Shown piece by piece: positions 38,347 to 48,163 of a stretch of DNA of 64,000 bases. Location: contig JBBDML010000022.1 of the NCBI GenBank assembly GCA_040878345.1, forward strand, positions 21,130-85,129. The letters run 5' to 3'. Source of the stretch: Acidimicrobiia bacterium. Its GTDB lineage: Bacteria > Actinomycetota > Acidimicrobiia > Spongiisociales > ZC4RG35. The notes under the pieces were generated by a model. The model was given only the letters and a program-made list of their open reading frames with translations. It was not told where the DNA came from and did no database searches. A program made the translations under genes and the position numbers. Positions within the stretch are counted from its first letter, which is position 1, and every line of letters starts with the position of its first letter.

Positions 38347-40506
38347 TCAACTGACGAACAGCCACTCGACCGCTTCGCCCAGCAGGGCACGAACCTCGTC
38401 CGCCAGGTCCGGGTGCTGGCCCAGCGAGGGGTCGGAGTCGACCAGCCCGAAGGCATCGCGGCGCGCCGCCACCAGCAGGTCGATGTCGGCGATGATGTCG
38501 GCCAGGCGCAGGTCCTTCATCCCCGATTGGCGGGTCCCGAACACCGTGCCCTGCCCTCGGATCTCCAGGTCCTGGTGGGCTAGCTCGAACCCGTCGTTGG
38601 ACCCGACCAGGGCCGCGATCCGGGCCTCGGCCTCCTGGGTGGTGGGGTCGGCGATGAGCAGGCACAGCCCTCGATGCTTGCCCCGGCCGACCCGGCCCCG
38701 GAGCTGATGGAGCTGGCTGAGCCCGAACCGGTCGGCGTCCTCGATCACCATCACCGTCGCATTGGCAACATCGATGCCCACCTCGATCACGGTGGTCGAC
38801 ACCAGGACCTCGGTCTCGCCCGCCCGGAAGGCGGACATCACCCCCTCCTTGTCGGCCGGGCGCAGCTGGCCGTGGATCAGCCCCACCCTGAGGTCGTCGA
38901 AGATCGCCGACAGTCGCTCATACTCGGCGGTGGCGGATGCCGCCTCCACCTTGTCGCTGTCCTCGACCAGCGGGCAGACCACAAAGGCCTGACGACCCTC
39001 TTCGACCGCAGCCCGCACCGCCCGCCACGCGATCTTCTCCTCGACCCGATTGAGATGCCGGGTCTCCACTGGAGCCCGGCCAGGGGGCATCTCATCGATG
39101 GTGGAGATGTCGAGATCTCCATAGAGCGTCATCGAAAGTGTCCTCGGAATGGGGGTGGCGGTCATGATCAGCAGGTCTGGCTCGGGGCCTCCCGCCTTCT
39201 CCCTGAGCTCGACCCGCTGGGATACGCCAAACCGGTGCTGCTCGTCGACCACCGCCACCCCGAGACGGTGGAAACGGACGCCCTCCTGGATCAGGGCATG
39301 GGTGCCGACCACGAGATCGACCTGACCGCCGGCTATGTCCGAGACCAGCTGCTCCTTGGTGATCCGGCCGTCGTAGTTGGTGGTCGCCGTCGACCCGGTG
39401 AGGAGGGCGAGATGAACCGCCGGCTCGCCGCTCTCGAAGAGACTGCCCATCCCCAGCCGCCCCCCGCCACCAAAGGGCTCGGGTGACATGCCTGCCTCGG
39501 CGAGGAGCCGGGCCACCCCCAGGAAGTGCTGCTCGGCGAGGACCTCGGTTGGGGCCATGATCGCTCCCTGCCACCCGCCTTCGATCCCGTCGAGCAGGGC
39601 CGCAACCGCCACCACCGTCTTTCCCGAGCCCACCTCGCCCTGTAACAGACGGTGCATCGGGTTGGATGACCTCAGGTCGACACGGATCTCGTCCAGGACC
39701 GAGCGCTGGGCACGTGTCAGGCTGTATGGGAGCCCGCCGACGAAGCGTTGGGTCAGTTCACCGGTGGGAGCATGGGCGATCCCGTTGGCCCCCTCGACCC
39801 GCATTCGCTTCTGGAGGGCCAGGGCGAGCTCGAGACGGAACAGCTCGTCGTAGATCAGCCTCCGTCTGGCGTGCTCGGAGGCCTCCATGGTCTCGGGGAA
39901 ATGGACGTCGGCAAACGCCTGGTCCCGGCTGGTGAGGCCATGGGCCGCCAGGAACTCGACCGGGACCGGGTCGTCGATAGGCCGGGAGCGCTTCAGCGCC
40001 GTCCTGATCCATCCCTGGATGGCGCCCATCTTCAGCGGGCCGACCACCGGGTGGACCGGGTAGATCTCGGCCTCGCCCACTGACCGGAACTCTGTCCCCA
40101 GGTTCTGCGTCCTCCGCACCCGTATCTGGAGATTCCCCCGGAACCTCTCCATCACCCCGGACACCGCGAGCCAGGTCCCCGGCTCCAGACGAATCAGGTG
40201 CTGCTGGTTGAACCAAATGGCGGTGACGGTCCCGGTGTCGTCGGCGAGGACCGCCTCGACGATGAGCAGGTTGCGGCGGGGGCGACGGTCCTTGACCGAG
40301 CGGACCTCTCCGATCAGGGTGACATCCGTGCCCAAGGGGGCGGCGGCAATGGAGCTGCCCTGTGACTCCACGTATCGATGGGGCACATGATGGAGCAGGT
40401 CGGCCACCGACTCGACGCCCGCCTTGGCCAGGGTTCGGGCGGTGACCGGCCCGATTCCTTTGATCTCCTCGGTCGATATCCCGGCGAGACGGGCCAATGA
40501 AGCCAT
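38347..40506 (-). CDS. recG: ATP-dependent DNA helicase RecG
   Basis: 719 aa. Wedge domain, helicase motifs [47 protein letters not shown]. Confidence 0.95.
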   Translation of the reverse strand: MASLARLAGISTEEIKGIGPVTARTLAKAGVESVADLLHHVPHRYVESQGSSIAAAPLGTDVTLIGEVRSVKDRRPRRNLLIVEAVLADDTGTVTAIWFNQQHLIRLEPGTWLAVSGVMERFRGNLQIRVRRTQNLGTEFRSVGEAEIYPVHPVVGPLKMGAIQGWIRTALKRSRPIDDPVPVEFLAAHGLTSRDQAFADVHFPETMEASEHARRRLIYDELFRLELALALQKRMRVEGANGIAHAPTGELTQRFVGGLPYSLTRAQRSVLDEIRVDLRSSNPMHRLLQGEVGSGKTVVAVAALLDGIEGGWQGAIMAPTEVLAEQHFLGVARLLAEAGMSPEPFGGGGRLGMGSLFESGEPAVHLALLTGSTATTNYDGRITKEQLVSDIAGGQVDLVVGTHALIQEGVRFHRLGVAVVDEQHRFGVSQRVELREKAGGPEPDLLIMTATPIPRTLSMTLYGDLDISTIDEMPPGRAPVETRHLNRVEEKIAWRAVRAAVEEGRQAFVVCPLVEDSDKVEAASATAEYERLSAIFDDLRVGLIHGQLRPADKEGVMSAFRAGETEVLVSTTVIEVGIDVANATVMVIEDADRFGLSQLHQLRGRVGRGKHRGLCLLIADPTTQEAEARIAALVGSNDGFELAHQDLEIRGQGTVFGTRQSGMKDLRLADIIADIDLLVAARRDAFGLVDSDPSLGQHPDLADEVRALLGEAVEWLFVS

Positions 40507-40564
40507 GATCCAACGGTAACGGTGGAATGGGACTTGAAGCAGCAGGTCGCTAGGATTTGCCGCT

Positions 40565-40584
40565 CGGCCGGGGACACCCGGCCG
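40565..40584 (+). promoter_or_regulatory. GC-rich hairpin in the presumed rpmB leader
   Basis: cggccggg gaca cccggccg, an 8-bp perfect stem 33 nt upstream of the rpmB ATG in the recG/rpmB divergent region. Function unknown. Confidence 0.25.
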
Positions 40585-40617
40585 CCTCTAGGTTTCGGAC
40601 CACCCCAGGAGCATTCC

Positions 40618-40806
40618 ATGTCTTATCGGTGCGAGGTCTGCGGCAAGGAGCCGAGCTACGGGAAGAGCGTCAGCTTCTCCCACAAGCGCAGCAACCGCCG
40701 CTGGCTCCCCAATATCCAGAGAATCCGGGTCCAGGACGGGTCGAACACCCGCCGTGCCCGGGTCTGCACCTCGTGCATCCGCGCCGGCAAGGTGGTCAAG
40801 GCCTGA
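40618..40806 (+). CDS. rpmB: 50S ribosomal protein L28
   Basis: [38 protein letters not shown]. Confidence 0.9.
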   Translation: MSYRCEVCGKEPSYGKSVSFSHKRSNRRWLPNIQRIRVQDGSNTRRARVCTSCIRAGKVVKA

Positions 40807-41021
40807 TGGACCAGGGGGTGGTCAAGGCATACGACCCGGTGACCGGTGTGGGGATCGTGGTCCGAGACACCGACCGCTCCGAGGTGTTCCTTCGACCCGG
40901 CTCCCTCAAGGGCTCGGTGTTCCGCAGCCTCCGGCAAGGCCAGCGGCTTCTGTTCGACACCGTCGAGGAGGACGGCCGCCGGTTCATCACCCAAGTGCGA
41001 CTGGGCCAGGACGGTTATTAG
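40806..41021 (+). CDS. Small cold-shock-domain-like (OB-fold) protein, hypothetical
   Basis: 71 aa. GVVKAYDPVTGVGIVVRDTDRSEVFLRPGSL...GQRLLFDTVEEDGRRFITQV has CSD-like topology but lacks the canonical RNP1/RNP2 motifs. The ATG shares 1 nt with the rpmB stop (TGATG). Confidence 0.5.
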   Translation: MDQGVVKAYDPVTGVGIVVRDTDRSEVFLRPGSLKGSVFRSLRQGQRLLFDTVEEDGRRFITQVRLGQDGY

Positions 41022-41118
41022 CCCGACCAGCCACATGTACGGGACATCGGGCTGTCTTCAGCCCGCCACGGTCCGATCCACTAGTGTCGCCCGACCTAGA
41101 GAGCGATAGGAGGCTCAA

Positions 41119-41352
41119 TTGGTGGAGGCGTATGTCCTGATTCAGACCGAGGTCGGCAAGGCCGCCTTGGTCGCAGAGCAAGTGCGTGTGATCCCCGGCG
41201 TGGAGAGCGCCGACGACGTCACCGGGCCTTATGACGTGATAGTCAAGGCGAGCAGCGATGACGTCGACTCCCTCGGGAAGTTGGTCGTCGCCAAGATCCA
41301 GGCGGTGGAAGGCATCACCCGCACCCTCACCTGCCCCGTAGTTCACCTCTAA
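41119..41352 (+). CDS. Stand-alone Lrp/AsnC ligand-binding (RAM) domain protein
   Basis: 77 aa. AYVLIQTEVGKAALVAEQVRVIPGVESADDVTGPYDVIVKA. TTG start 5 nt after AGGAGG. Confidence 0.7.
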   Translation: MVEAYVLIQTEVGKAALVAEQVRVIPGVESADDVTGPYDVIVKASSDDVDSLGKLVVAKIQAVEGITRTLTCPVVHL

Positions 41353-41371
41353 AGCACCAAGTAATCCCGCC

Positions 41372-42448
41372 TCAGCCCAGCTTCGAGGCGATCGCTCCTG
41401 CGCTCCGTAGCGCCGTCCCGTCGCTGCCCGCGACCGAGAAGACACGAGTCGGAGAGGCCAGCGCCTCGTCGAGCATGTCCCTGAACAACCGACTGCGCTC
41501 GATGGGCGGGTCGATCCACAGATAGGCCGCCATCGAGCCGGGGATGGTGTTGACCTCGTTGACGAAGAGCTCGCCATCCTTCTCCAGGAAGTCGATTCGA
41601 GCGATCCCGCGCAGCCCGGAGACCTCGGTGACCCTCCTCGCCAGACGGGCGATCCCCTCCTCGGTATCCGACTCGAGGACCGCAGGCAGCTCCCGTCCTC
41701 CGCTGACCTCACCACCCCAGGCCAGGTATTTCTGGTCGTAGGAGTAGATGCCATCCCCGGAGCGGGCCGGGGCCTCGACCGCGGACAGCTCGAAACCGGG
41801 GTGGGTCCGAACCGCCACCTGCAGGTCGCGGCTTCCCACCAGGAACGGCTCCACCACCGCCCCCTGGTCGAAGTAGGAAGAGCGAGCCTTGAGTGCCAGC
41901 ACCGTTGCCCAGTCCTCGGCGACCTCGATCCCGATCGAAGAGCCACCGAATCTGGGCTTTACGATGTATGGGGCGGAAAAGCCGGCGACCGGCTCGTCGC
42001 CATTGGCCACCAGGGCGCGGGGCAGGGTTGGCAGCCCGACAGATGCCATCGCCGAGCCGAAGGCCAGCTTGTCCATCCCCAGCGCAGACGCCGCCTGCCC
42101 GGGCCCGGTGTAGCGGAGCCCGGCCAGATCGAGGAGGCCCTGCAGTGTCCCGTCCTCACCGGGCCCGCCATGACAGGCGATCACCACCGCCGAGACCTCG
42201 AGTGGTCGCTTCTTGATCATGAAACCCTGCCCTGGGGAGGCGACAAAGCTGATCTCGCGGGCACGGCGCGGCACTCCGTCGGCGAAATCCCTCGCCTCGA
42301 GGTCGGGGTCGACCAGGAACCACTCCCCCGACTTCGACCAGTAGACCAACGTGACGTCGACCAGGGCGCGGGCCACCTGGAGGCCGGTGAGGATCGATAT
42401 GTCATGCTCGTCGGACGGGCCTCCGAAGAGGACAACCGGTTTGGTCAT
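41372..42448 (-). CDS. ddl: D-alanine--D-alanine ligase
   Basis: 358 aa. VLFGGPSDEHDISILTG, HGGPGEDGTLQGLLDLAGLRYTG, ATP-grasp region, NEVNTIPG. Confidence 0.92.
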   Translation of the reverse strand: MTKPVVLFGGPSDEHDISILTGLQVARALVDVTLVYWSKSGEWFLVDPDLEARDFADGVPRRAREISFVASPGQGFMIKKRPLEVSAVVIACHGGPGEDGTLQGLLDLAGLRYTGPGQAASALGMDKLAFGSAMASVGLPTLPRALVANGDEPVAGFSAPYIVKPRFGGSSIGIEVAEDWATVLALKARSSYFDQGAVVEPFLVGSRDLQVAVRTHPGFELSAVEAPARSGDGIYSYDQKYLAWGGEVSGGRELPAVLESDTEEGIARLARRVTEVSGLRGIARIDFLEKDGELFVNEVNTIPGSMAAYLWIDPPIERSRLFRDMLDEALASPTRVFSVAGSDGTALRSAGAIASKLG

Positions 42449-42458
42449 TCAGCCGCTC

Positions 42459-43946
42459 TCATGGGTAGTGGTCGGGCAGGTCGTTCTCATAGAGGACCAC
42501 ATCGCCCGGCACCAGATTGGCACGGGCCCAGGCGACCGCCTGGTCTCTGGAGCCAACGACCGTAACCGAGGCCCGGCGGTCGGCGGATCCGCGCAGCAAC
42601 GAGGCGCGGTTGGTGCCGCCCACGATGATCAGATGATCGGCGGCTTCAGCGGCCATCGCGGCGAAGGCGGCATTCTCCTCGTCCTGGAGCGGGCCCAGCT
42701 CGACCATCCCCGGGGTGACCACCGCCTTGGCCCCCGGGCCGGCAGCCGCCAGTACCTCCAGAGCCCGGCGTGCGCCCGCCGGGTTGGAGTTGAAGGTGTC
42801 GTCGATGATGGTGATCCCCGACTCCCCTACCGAGACGGTCTGCCGGTGCTCAGGAACCGGAAGGTCGGCCAACCGGTCCACCCAAGCGGAGGTGTCGAGG
42901 CCCAAGGCGACGCAGACGCCGGCGGCGGCCGCCAGGTTGGAGGCGAACACACCTTCCGGGGCTGCCGCCACCACCTCCCCCCCGATCACCACCTGTCCCT
43001 CGACCACCCGCACACGGCCCCGTTCCCCGGTGGAGACCTCGATCATCGGCATGCTCCCGGCCCGGTCGGTGGCAAGACCGGCGAGGAGCGGGTGGTCGAC
43101 ACAGATCACCCCGATCTCGGCCCGATCCAGGATCTCCGCCTTGGCCTCGAGCACCCGGCCCTCGGTCCTGAACCGTTCAAGGTGCACCGGCCCCACTGAG
43201 ACGATCACACCCACCTTGGGCTTGACCCAACTACACATCTCGGCGATCTCGCCGGGCCCGTAGCTGCCCATCTCGGCGATGAAGACATCGGTGCCGGGAG
43301 TCAGGGCCTCGTTGATCGACCTGGCCAGCCCCATTCGGTTGTTGAAGGAGGCAGGGGTGGCAACCGTCCTCATGGCACCGGAGAGGAGGTGGCTCAGATA
43401 GCGCTTGGTGGTGGTCTTGCCGTAGGAACCGGTGATGGCCACCACGTCCGGCCCCACCACAGCCAGCTTCCGTGTGGCCCGTTCGACCCATTTGCCCCCG
43501 AGGCGCTTCTCCACCGGGCCGAGGGCCAGCAGGGCAAGATCGACGATGACCGGCAAGAGCGCCAGCCCCGCCACCGCGATGAGAGGTGTGTCGGCCATGG
43601 CGCTGATGAGGTAGAAGGTCCCCGCCACCAACCCCGAGAGGAGGGCGAGACGTCGGAGCCGGGCGGTCCATGCCAGCGGCGAGCTGATCCCCCGAACCCC
43701 GAGACCGATGGGGCCGACCTGGGCCAGAACGACCAGGAAGCCGGGCCACTCCGACCACAGAGACCCGATGACACCGGCCATCCCGAGCACCGCCAACCCC
43801 AGATTCAGCGGGCCGTGGGCCCACCACCTCAGGGCGAACCGGCTCACCGACGGGCTCAGATAGTGCTCCCGCTGGGCAACCCGGAGCCACCGCAAACCTG
43901 CGGGGACCGTGGCCAGGGCACACGCCGTCGCCAGCACCCAGATCAA
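42459..43946 (-). CDS. Mur ligase family protein, MurF-like, with an N-terminal ~150-aa multi-pass membrane domain
   Basis: 495 aa. Four hydrophobic segments precede the Mur ligase P-loop ITGSYGKTTTKRYL. Central and C-terminal Mur ligase domains follow (FIAEMGSYGPGEI, IIDDTFNSNPAG). Confidence 0.75.
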   Translation of the reverse strand: MIWVLATACALATVPAGLRWLRVAQREHYLSPSVSRFALRWWAHGPLNLGLAVLGMAGVIGSLWSEWPGFLVVLAQVGPIGLGVRGISSPLAWTARLRRLALLSGLVAGTFYLISAMADTPLIAVAGLALLPVIVDLALLALGPVEKRLGGKWVERATRKLAVVGPDVVAITGSYGKTTTKRYLSHLLSGAMRTVATPASFNNRMGLARSINEALTPGTDVFIAEMGSYGPGEIAEMCSWVKPKVGVIVSVGPVHLERFRTEGRVLEAKAEILDRAEIGVICVDHPLLAGLATDRAGSMPMIEVSTGERGRVRVVEGQVVIGGEVVAAAPEGVFASNLAAAAGVCVALGLDTSAWVDRLADLPVPEHRQTVSVGESGITIIDDTFNSNPAGARRALEVLAAAGPGAKAVVTPGMVELGPLQDEENAAFAAMAAEAADHLIIVGGTNRASLLRGSADRRASVTVVGSRDQAVAWARANLVPGDVVLYENDLPDHYP

Positions 43947-44740
43947 GATGTCACCTCGATCACCAGGTGGCGGAGGGCGTCAGGGGCCTGAGTGGGGAGG
44001 AGATGACCCACGTTGTCGAGCACCTCGAGACGCACCGGGAGCCCGGCCGCCTCCCGGACCTCGACTGCCTTCCGTGCGACCGCCAGCGGCACATCGGTGT
44101 CGTCGGCACCCCAGAGCAGCGTGATCGGGGCGCGGACGGCGGCCAACTGCTCCTCATAGGTCTCATTGACCGCTTTGACCAAGATGTCCCTCATCAGGCC
44201 AGTGACAGCCCGATAGTCGGCCGAGCCGGCCTTCCTTCGTCTCTCCTCCAGACGGATGTCGGAGATCAGCCCGAGCCGATTCAGCAGACGGATCGCCCGA
44301 TAGCTCGTCGAAGGCGGTGCCGGGGGTCTGAGACGTACCAGCGGCACCCCGGTGAGGACCATCGGTCCCACCCGATCGGGAAACAGGTCGGCCAGGCACA
44401 ACGCCACCCTCCCGCCGAAGGAGTGGCCGATAAGGACTGGAGGCCCATCGAACTCGGAGAGGATCTCAGAGACAATTCGGGCATAGCCATCGGCACCGAT
44501 CACCTCCTGCGGCGCAGGGGTGGCACCGAAGCCAGGTAGATCGAGGGCCAGGGCGGGCAGACCTTCGAGGCTGGGCTTGAAGTCTGCCCCACGACGACCC
44601 CAGCCGTGGAGGGCGAGTATGCGAGGTGGCCCTTCACCTAGGACCTCGGCGAAGAGGGCACCCTCTGCGAAAGACCTCAATGCCAAGATCAATCCTCGAT
44701 CAGACCGGGAGAAACGCCGAGAATAACTGTTGGAAACCAA
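43943..44740 (-). CDS. Alpha/beta hydrolase
   Basis: 265 aa. ILALHGWG, nucleophile elbow GHSFGG, and a C-terminal His in NVGHLLP. Confidence 0.8.
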   Translation of the reverse strand: MVSNSYSRRFSRSDRGLILALRSFAEGALFAEVLGEGPPRILALHGWGRRGADFKPSLEGLPALALDLPGFGATPAPQEVIGADGYARIVSEILSEFDGPPVLIGHSFGGRVALCLADLFPDRVGPMVLTGVPLVRLRPPAPPSTSYRAIRLLNRLGLISDIRLEERRRKAGSADYRAVTGLMRDILVKAVNETYEEQLAAVRAPITLLWGADDTDVPLAVARKAVEVREAAGLPVRLEVLDNVGHLLPTQAPDALRHLVIEVTS

Positions 44741-44746
44741 TTACCA

Positions 44747-46531
44747 ATGACCACCGAGCGCACTCTGCCCACCGTCAACGAGGCGATGGCCCGGTTTCGG
44801 GCGTCCTTGTTGCGCCGTGCCTCGGCGGTCGCCTGGGTGATCCTGATCATCGTCGGCGCCCAGGCGGTTCGCAGCGAGGTCTACATCGAGTCCGGCTTCT
44901 ATGCGCCGATGATCGGGTTGACGACCCTGTTGGTGATCTCGACCGCGGTTCGCTGGGACCGGGTGATGGCCACCAGGGGAGCGCCCTGGGTCAGCTGCGT
45001 GTGGATGCTGGCCCTGATCGCCGGCTTCACCGCCCTGGGGGTGGTCCCGGAGTTGGCAGGGACCGCAGAGCCGATCTTGTTCGGTCTGGCGGCTGTCTCG
45101 GGCTTGCTTCTCATCTGGTGGACACATGCCCTGGTCACCGTGGTGCTGGGGGCAGCCATCTCCTATCTGGCATTCCAGGCCGGTCAGGCCGACGCCATCG
45201 CCGACGTGGTGGCTCCGGTCCTCACCGTGTTCGTGGTGGCCGCCGCCACCGCGTTGGTCGGGTTCGAGTTCGAGAAGGAGGCGGTGGTCTCCTCGGGCAA
45301 GGAGAGCATCCTGGAGCAGCAGCGGCTCGACTTCGAGAGGCTGTATGCGGTGAGCGCCACCCTGGCCCGGGCCGAGTCGCTGGCCGAGATCGTCCCCCAC
45401 CTCATCGGCACCATCTGCAAGTACCTCGACGCCCAGGTGGGGGTGGTGCTGCTCAACGACACCGACCTCAACCGGCTCACGGTGATGAGCCCGATCTGGG
45501 TCAACGGCTACCCACTGGAGACCGAGGAGGTCACCGTGGACATCAACGCCCCAAGCGTGGTGTCCCAGACCTATCGGGCCGCCAAGCCGATCTACGTCAG
45601 GAGGGTTGACGATCACACCGACTCCCACGTCCTCTTGAAGGACCTGGGGCTCAAACAGGCCCTGGTGGCGCCGCTGAAGGTCGAGTCGATGAGGGTGGGG
45701 GTCATCATCGTCGGCGACCCGTACGTCGGGGACTTCACCGAGGACCAACTCGACCAGCTCGGCTCGCTGGCGGCACCGGCCGGGCTTGTGCTGAGCCAGA
45801 TCGGGCGTTACGAGGCCCAGGCCGAGATGACGCGACGGCTCGAGGAGGTGGCCCAGATGAAGACGGACTTCGTCTCCACCGTGAGCCATGAGCTGAGGAG
45901 CCCCCTCACCTCGATCATCGGATCCCTGGACACGGTCAACCGCCCCGAGCTGGCCCCTCCCGAGCCCACCTCACAACAGCTCCTGCTCAGCGCCCGTCGG
46001 CAAGCGGGCCGTCTGCAACGTCTCATCGAGGACCTGCTGGTGGTCTCACGGATCGATCGGGGCGCCATCCCGGTGCAGTTGGGGCCGATCGCCCTCAAGG
46101 AGATCTTCGACGAGGTGAATCGGGTGGTGGCGGTCGAGCCAAAGATCACCATCGACCCGCCGGACACCATGGTGGAGGCGGATCGCGACCATCTGTCGAG
46201 GGTCCTCATCAACCTCGTTGAGAACGCCGCCAAATACGCCCCGGACAGCGAGATCGAGATCTATGGCTGGCAGAGGGGGACCCGCGGCTTCATCGCGGTG
46301 GTGGACCACGGCCCAGGCATCCCTGTGGAGCAAAGAGAACGCGTCTTCGAGCGCTTCACCCAGCTCGACCAGTCGGACACACGCTCCAAGGGCGGCACCG
46401 GTCTGGGTCTCTCCATCGTCAAGAGCCTCACCGATGTGATGAGGGGGTCGGTGAGGATCGAGGCCACCGAGGGCGGGGGCGCAACCTTCGTCATCGAGCT
46501 CCCCCTGGCCGCCACCGTCGGCGTGCGCTGA
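44747..46531 (+). CDS. Sensor histidine kinase (multi-TM sensor, GAF, HisKA, HATPase_c)
   Basis: 594 aa. About 5 TM helices, a GAF-like region, H-box SHELRSPLTSIIG, N-box LINLVENAAKY, G-boxes DHGPGI and GGTGLGLSIV. Confidence 0.85.
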   Translation: MTTERTLPTVNEAMARFRASLLRRASAVAWVILIIVGAQAVRSEVYIESGFYAPMIGLTTLLVISTAVRWDRVMATRGAPWVSCVWMLALIAGFTALGVVPELAGTAEPILFGLAAVSGLLLIWWTHALVTVVLGAAISYLAFQAGQADAIADVVAPVLTVFVVAAATALVGFEFEKEAVVSSGKESILEQQRLDFERLYAVSATLARAESLAEIVPHLIGTICKYLDAQVGVVLLNDTDLNRLTVMSPIWVNGYPLETEEVTVDINAPSVVSQTYRAAKPIYVRRVDDHTDSHVLLKDLGLKQALVAPLKVESMRVGVIIVGDPYVGDFTEDQLDQLGSLAAPAGLVLSQIGRYEAQAEMTRRLEEVAQMKTDFVSTVSHELRSPLTSIIGSLDTVNRPELAPPEPTSQQLLLSARRQAGRLQRLIEDLLVVSRIDRGAIPVQLGPIALKEIFDEVNRVVAVEPKITIDPPDTMVEADRDHLSRVLINLVENAAKYAPDSEIEIYGWQRGTRGFIAVVDHGPGIPVEQRERVFERFTQLDQSDTRSKGGTGLGLSIVKSLTDVMRGSVRIEATEGGGATFVIELPLAATVGVR

Positions 46532-46807
46532 TCAGCCACCGACGCCCACATCCACCCACCTGATCGACTCGAAGGTCACCCGCAGCCCGTCGGGTGTCGG
46601 CACCACCACGATACTGACGGCACCGCAGGAAGAGCAACGCGCCACCTCCCCGGGGGCGTCCCGATAGACCACCAGTTGTCCCAGCAGAGCGACGGCTCCG
46701 CACGCGCCACAACAGCCCGCCTCGTCCGTCATCTCCCGGCCGAACAGGTCCCAGAGCCTCCCGCCCAGGGAATTGCCGTCGAGGTGTCTTTCTCCATCCA
46801 TGCTCAA
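46532..46807 (-). CDS. Small Cys-rich protein (resembles DUF6510)
   Basis: 91 aa. CCGACG ... CSSCG motifs. Last gene of the Mo-oxidoreductase/FNR operon, overlapping it by 4 nt. Confidence 0.5.
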   Translation of the reverse strand: MSMDGERHLDGNSLGGRLWDLFGREMTDEAGCCGACGAVALLGQLVVYRDAPGEVARCSSCGAVSIVVVPTPDGLRVTFESIRWVDVGVGG

Positions 46808-47553
46808 CCTCCGGTAGGACCGAAACGCTCCGTCCTGATTCTCTCCGGCTCATGGCCCAGCCCGACCAATGCCGATGCGACCGACTCGACGAACCCGGTG
46901 GGTCCGCACACGAACGTCAGCGGTCGCTCACTCGGGGGCCACCCCAGTTCGCCCAACATCTCCCGGTCCACCCGGCGGCTCGGTCCCGGCCATCCCTCCG
47001 GATGGGAACGGGTCAGCGTGGTGGTCACGGCGATGCCGTCTCGGCGGGCGGCCGCCCTCTGGAGCTCCTCGCGATAGATGACGTCCTCCAACGATCTTGC
47101 CGACACCACGCATCGCACCTCCTCACTCCCGGTGAGCAGCCGAGCTCGTATCATCGCCATAAGTGGGACGATCCCGCTGCCCCCTGCCACCAGGAACAGC
47201 GGTTGGCCTCGGCCCGGCTCCCACACGAAGTATCCCCCGATCGGGCCCCGCAACTCGAACCTGTCGCCAACCCGTGCCTCATCGATGAGGTACGAAGAGA
47301 CCTCGCCGTTCTCGACACGCTCCACCGTGATCGTCACCCGCTCCCCATCGGCCGGAGTGGCGATCGAGTAGCTCCGCTGTGCCTGATAGCCGTCGGCGGC
47401 GGTCAGCCTCACGTCGATGTGCTGGCCGGGGCGGTGGCCGGCCCAGCCCGGGCAGTTCAGGATCAGGCTGCGGGCCCTGGGTGTCTCCTCGACGAGACCG
47501 ACCACCTCGGCCACCAGCCAGGTCAGTCGCCCGTGTATCGCTGCTCCCGCCAT
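46804..47553 (-). CDS. FNR-like FAD/NAD(P)-binding oxidoreductase
   Basis: RSYSIAT (FAD RxYS motif), LVAGGSGIVPLMAMIR, FVCGP. Start uncertain: ATG 47553 overlaps the upstream gene by 31 nt; GTG 47514 is an alternative. Confidence 0.75.
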   Translation of the reverse strand: MAGAAIHGRLTWLVAEVVGLVEETPRARSLILNCPGWAGHRPGQHIDVRLTAADGYQAQRSYSIATPADGERVTITVERVENGEVSSYLIDEARVGDRFELRGPIGGYFVWEPGRGQPLFLVAGGSGIVPLMAMIRARLLTGSEEVRCVVSARSLEDVIYREELQRAAARRDGIAVTTTLTRSHPEGWPGPSRRVDREMLGELGWPPSERPLTFVCGPTGFVESVASALVGLGHEPERIRTERFGPTGG

Positions 47554-48131
47554 GGGTCCCCGTAGTTGTGATAGCCGTAGGACTCCCAGAACCCAGGCCG
47601 GTCCGACTCCAGGAGGACCAGGCGATTGACCCATTTTGCGCTCTTCCAGAAGTAGAGGTGTGGCACCAACAGCCTCGCCGGGCCCCCATGCTCCGGAGCC
47701 AAAGGCCGGCCCTCGTAGGAGTGGGCGATCCATGCCTTTCCCCCCGTCAGGTCGGGTAAGGGGAGATTTGTGCTGTATCCGCCATAGGAGTGCGCCAGCA
47801 CGTACCGCGCCCCGATCAGGTCGACATCGGCCAGCAACGTGTCGAGTGAAACGCCCTGCCACGAGGTGTCGAGCTTGGTCCACTTGGTCACGCAATGGAT
47901 GTCCACCTTCGGGCTCTCACTGTCGAGGGCCTGGAGCTCATCCCAACTCCAGGACACCTCGGCCCCCCGGGTGTCGGTGATGGTGAGCCTCCACTCGTCC
48001 AGTTCGACTCTCGGCGTGGGACCGGCAGACAGGACCGGGAAGTCACTGGTGGCGTACTGACCGGGCGGCACCCGACCTGGAGGTGCCTCGACGCCCCGAC
48101 GCCCCCCGAAACCCCTGGTGACGAAACTCAT
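47523..48131 (-). CDS. Sulfite-oxidase-family molybdopterin oxidoreductase (small, MsrP/YedY-like catalytic domain)
   Basis: 202 aa. DIHCVTKWTKLDTSWQGV, GGPARLLVPHLYFWKSAKWV. Confidence 0.8.
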   Translation of the reverse strand: MSFVTRGFGGRRGVEAPPGRVPPGQYATSDFPVLSAGPTPRVELDEWRLTITDTRGAEVSWSWDELQALDSESPKVDIHCVTKWTKLDTSWQGVSLDTLLADVDLIGARYVLAHSYGGYSTNLPLPDLTGGKAWIAHSYEGRPLAPEHGGPARLLVPHLYFWKSAKWVNRLVLLESDRPGFWESYGYHNYGDPWREQRYTGD

Positions 48132-48163
48132 CGGGACATCCTGGTCTCCTCGCCGGACGCCGG

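Noticed and set aside
46529-46534. Palindromic TGATCA where the kinase stop and the convergent small-ORF stop abut.
   Set aside because: A trivial consequence of two convergent TGA stops placed back to back. No extended structure.
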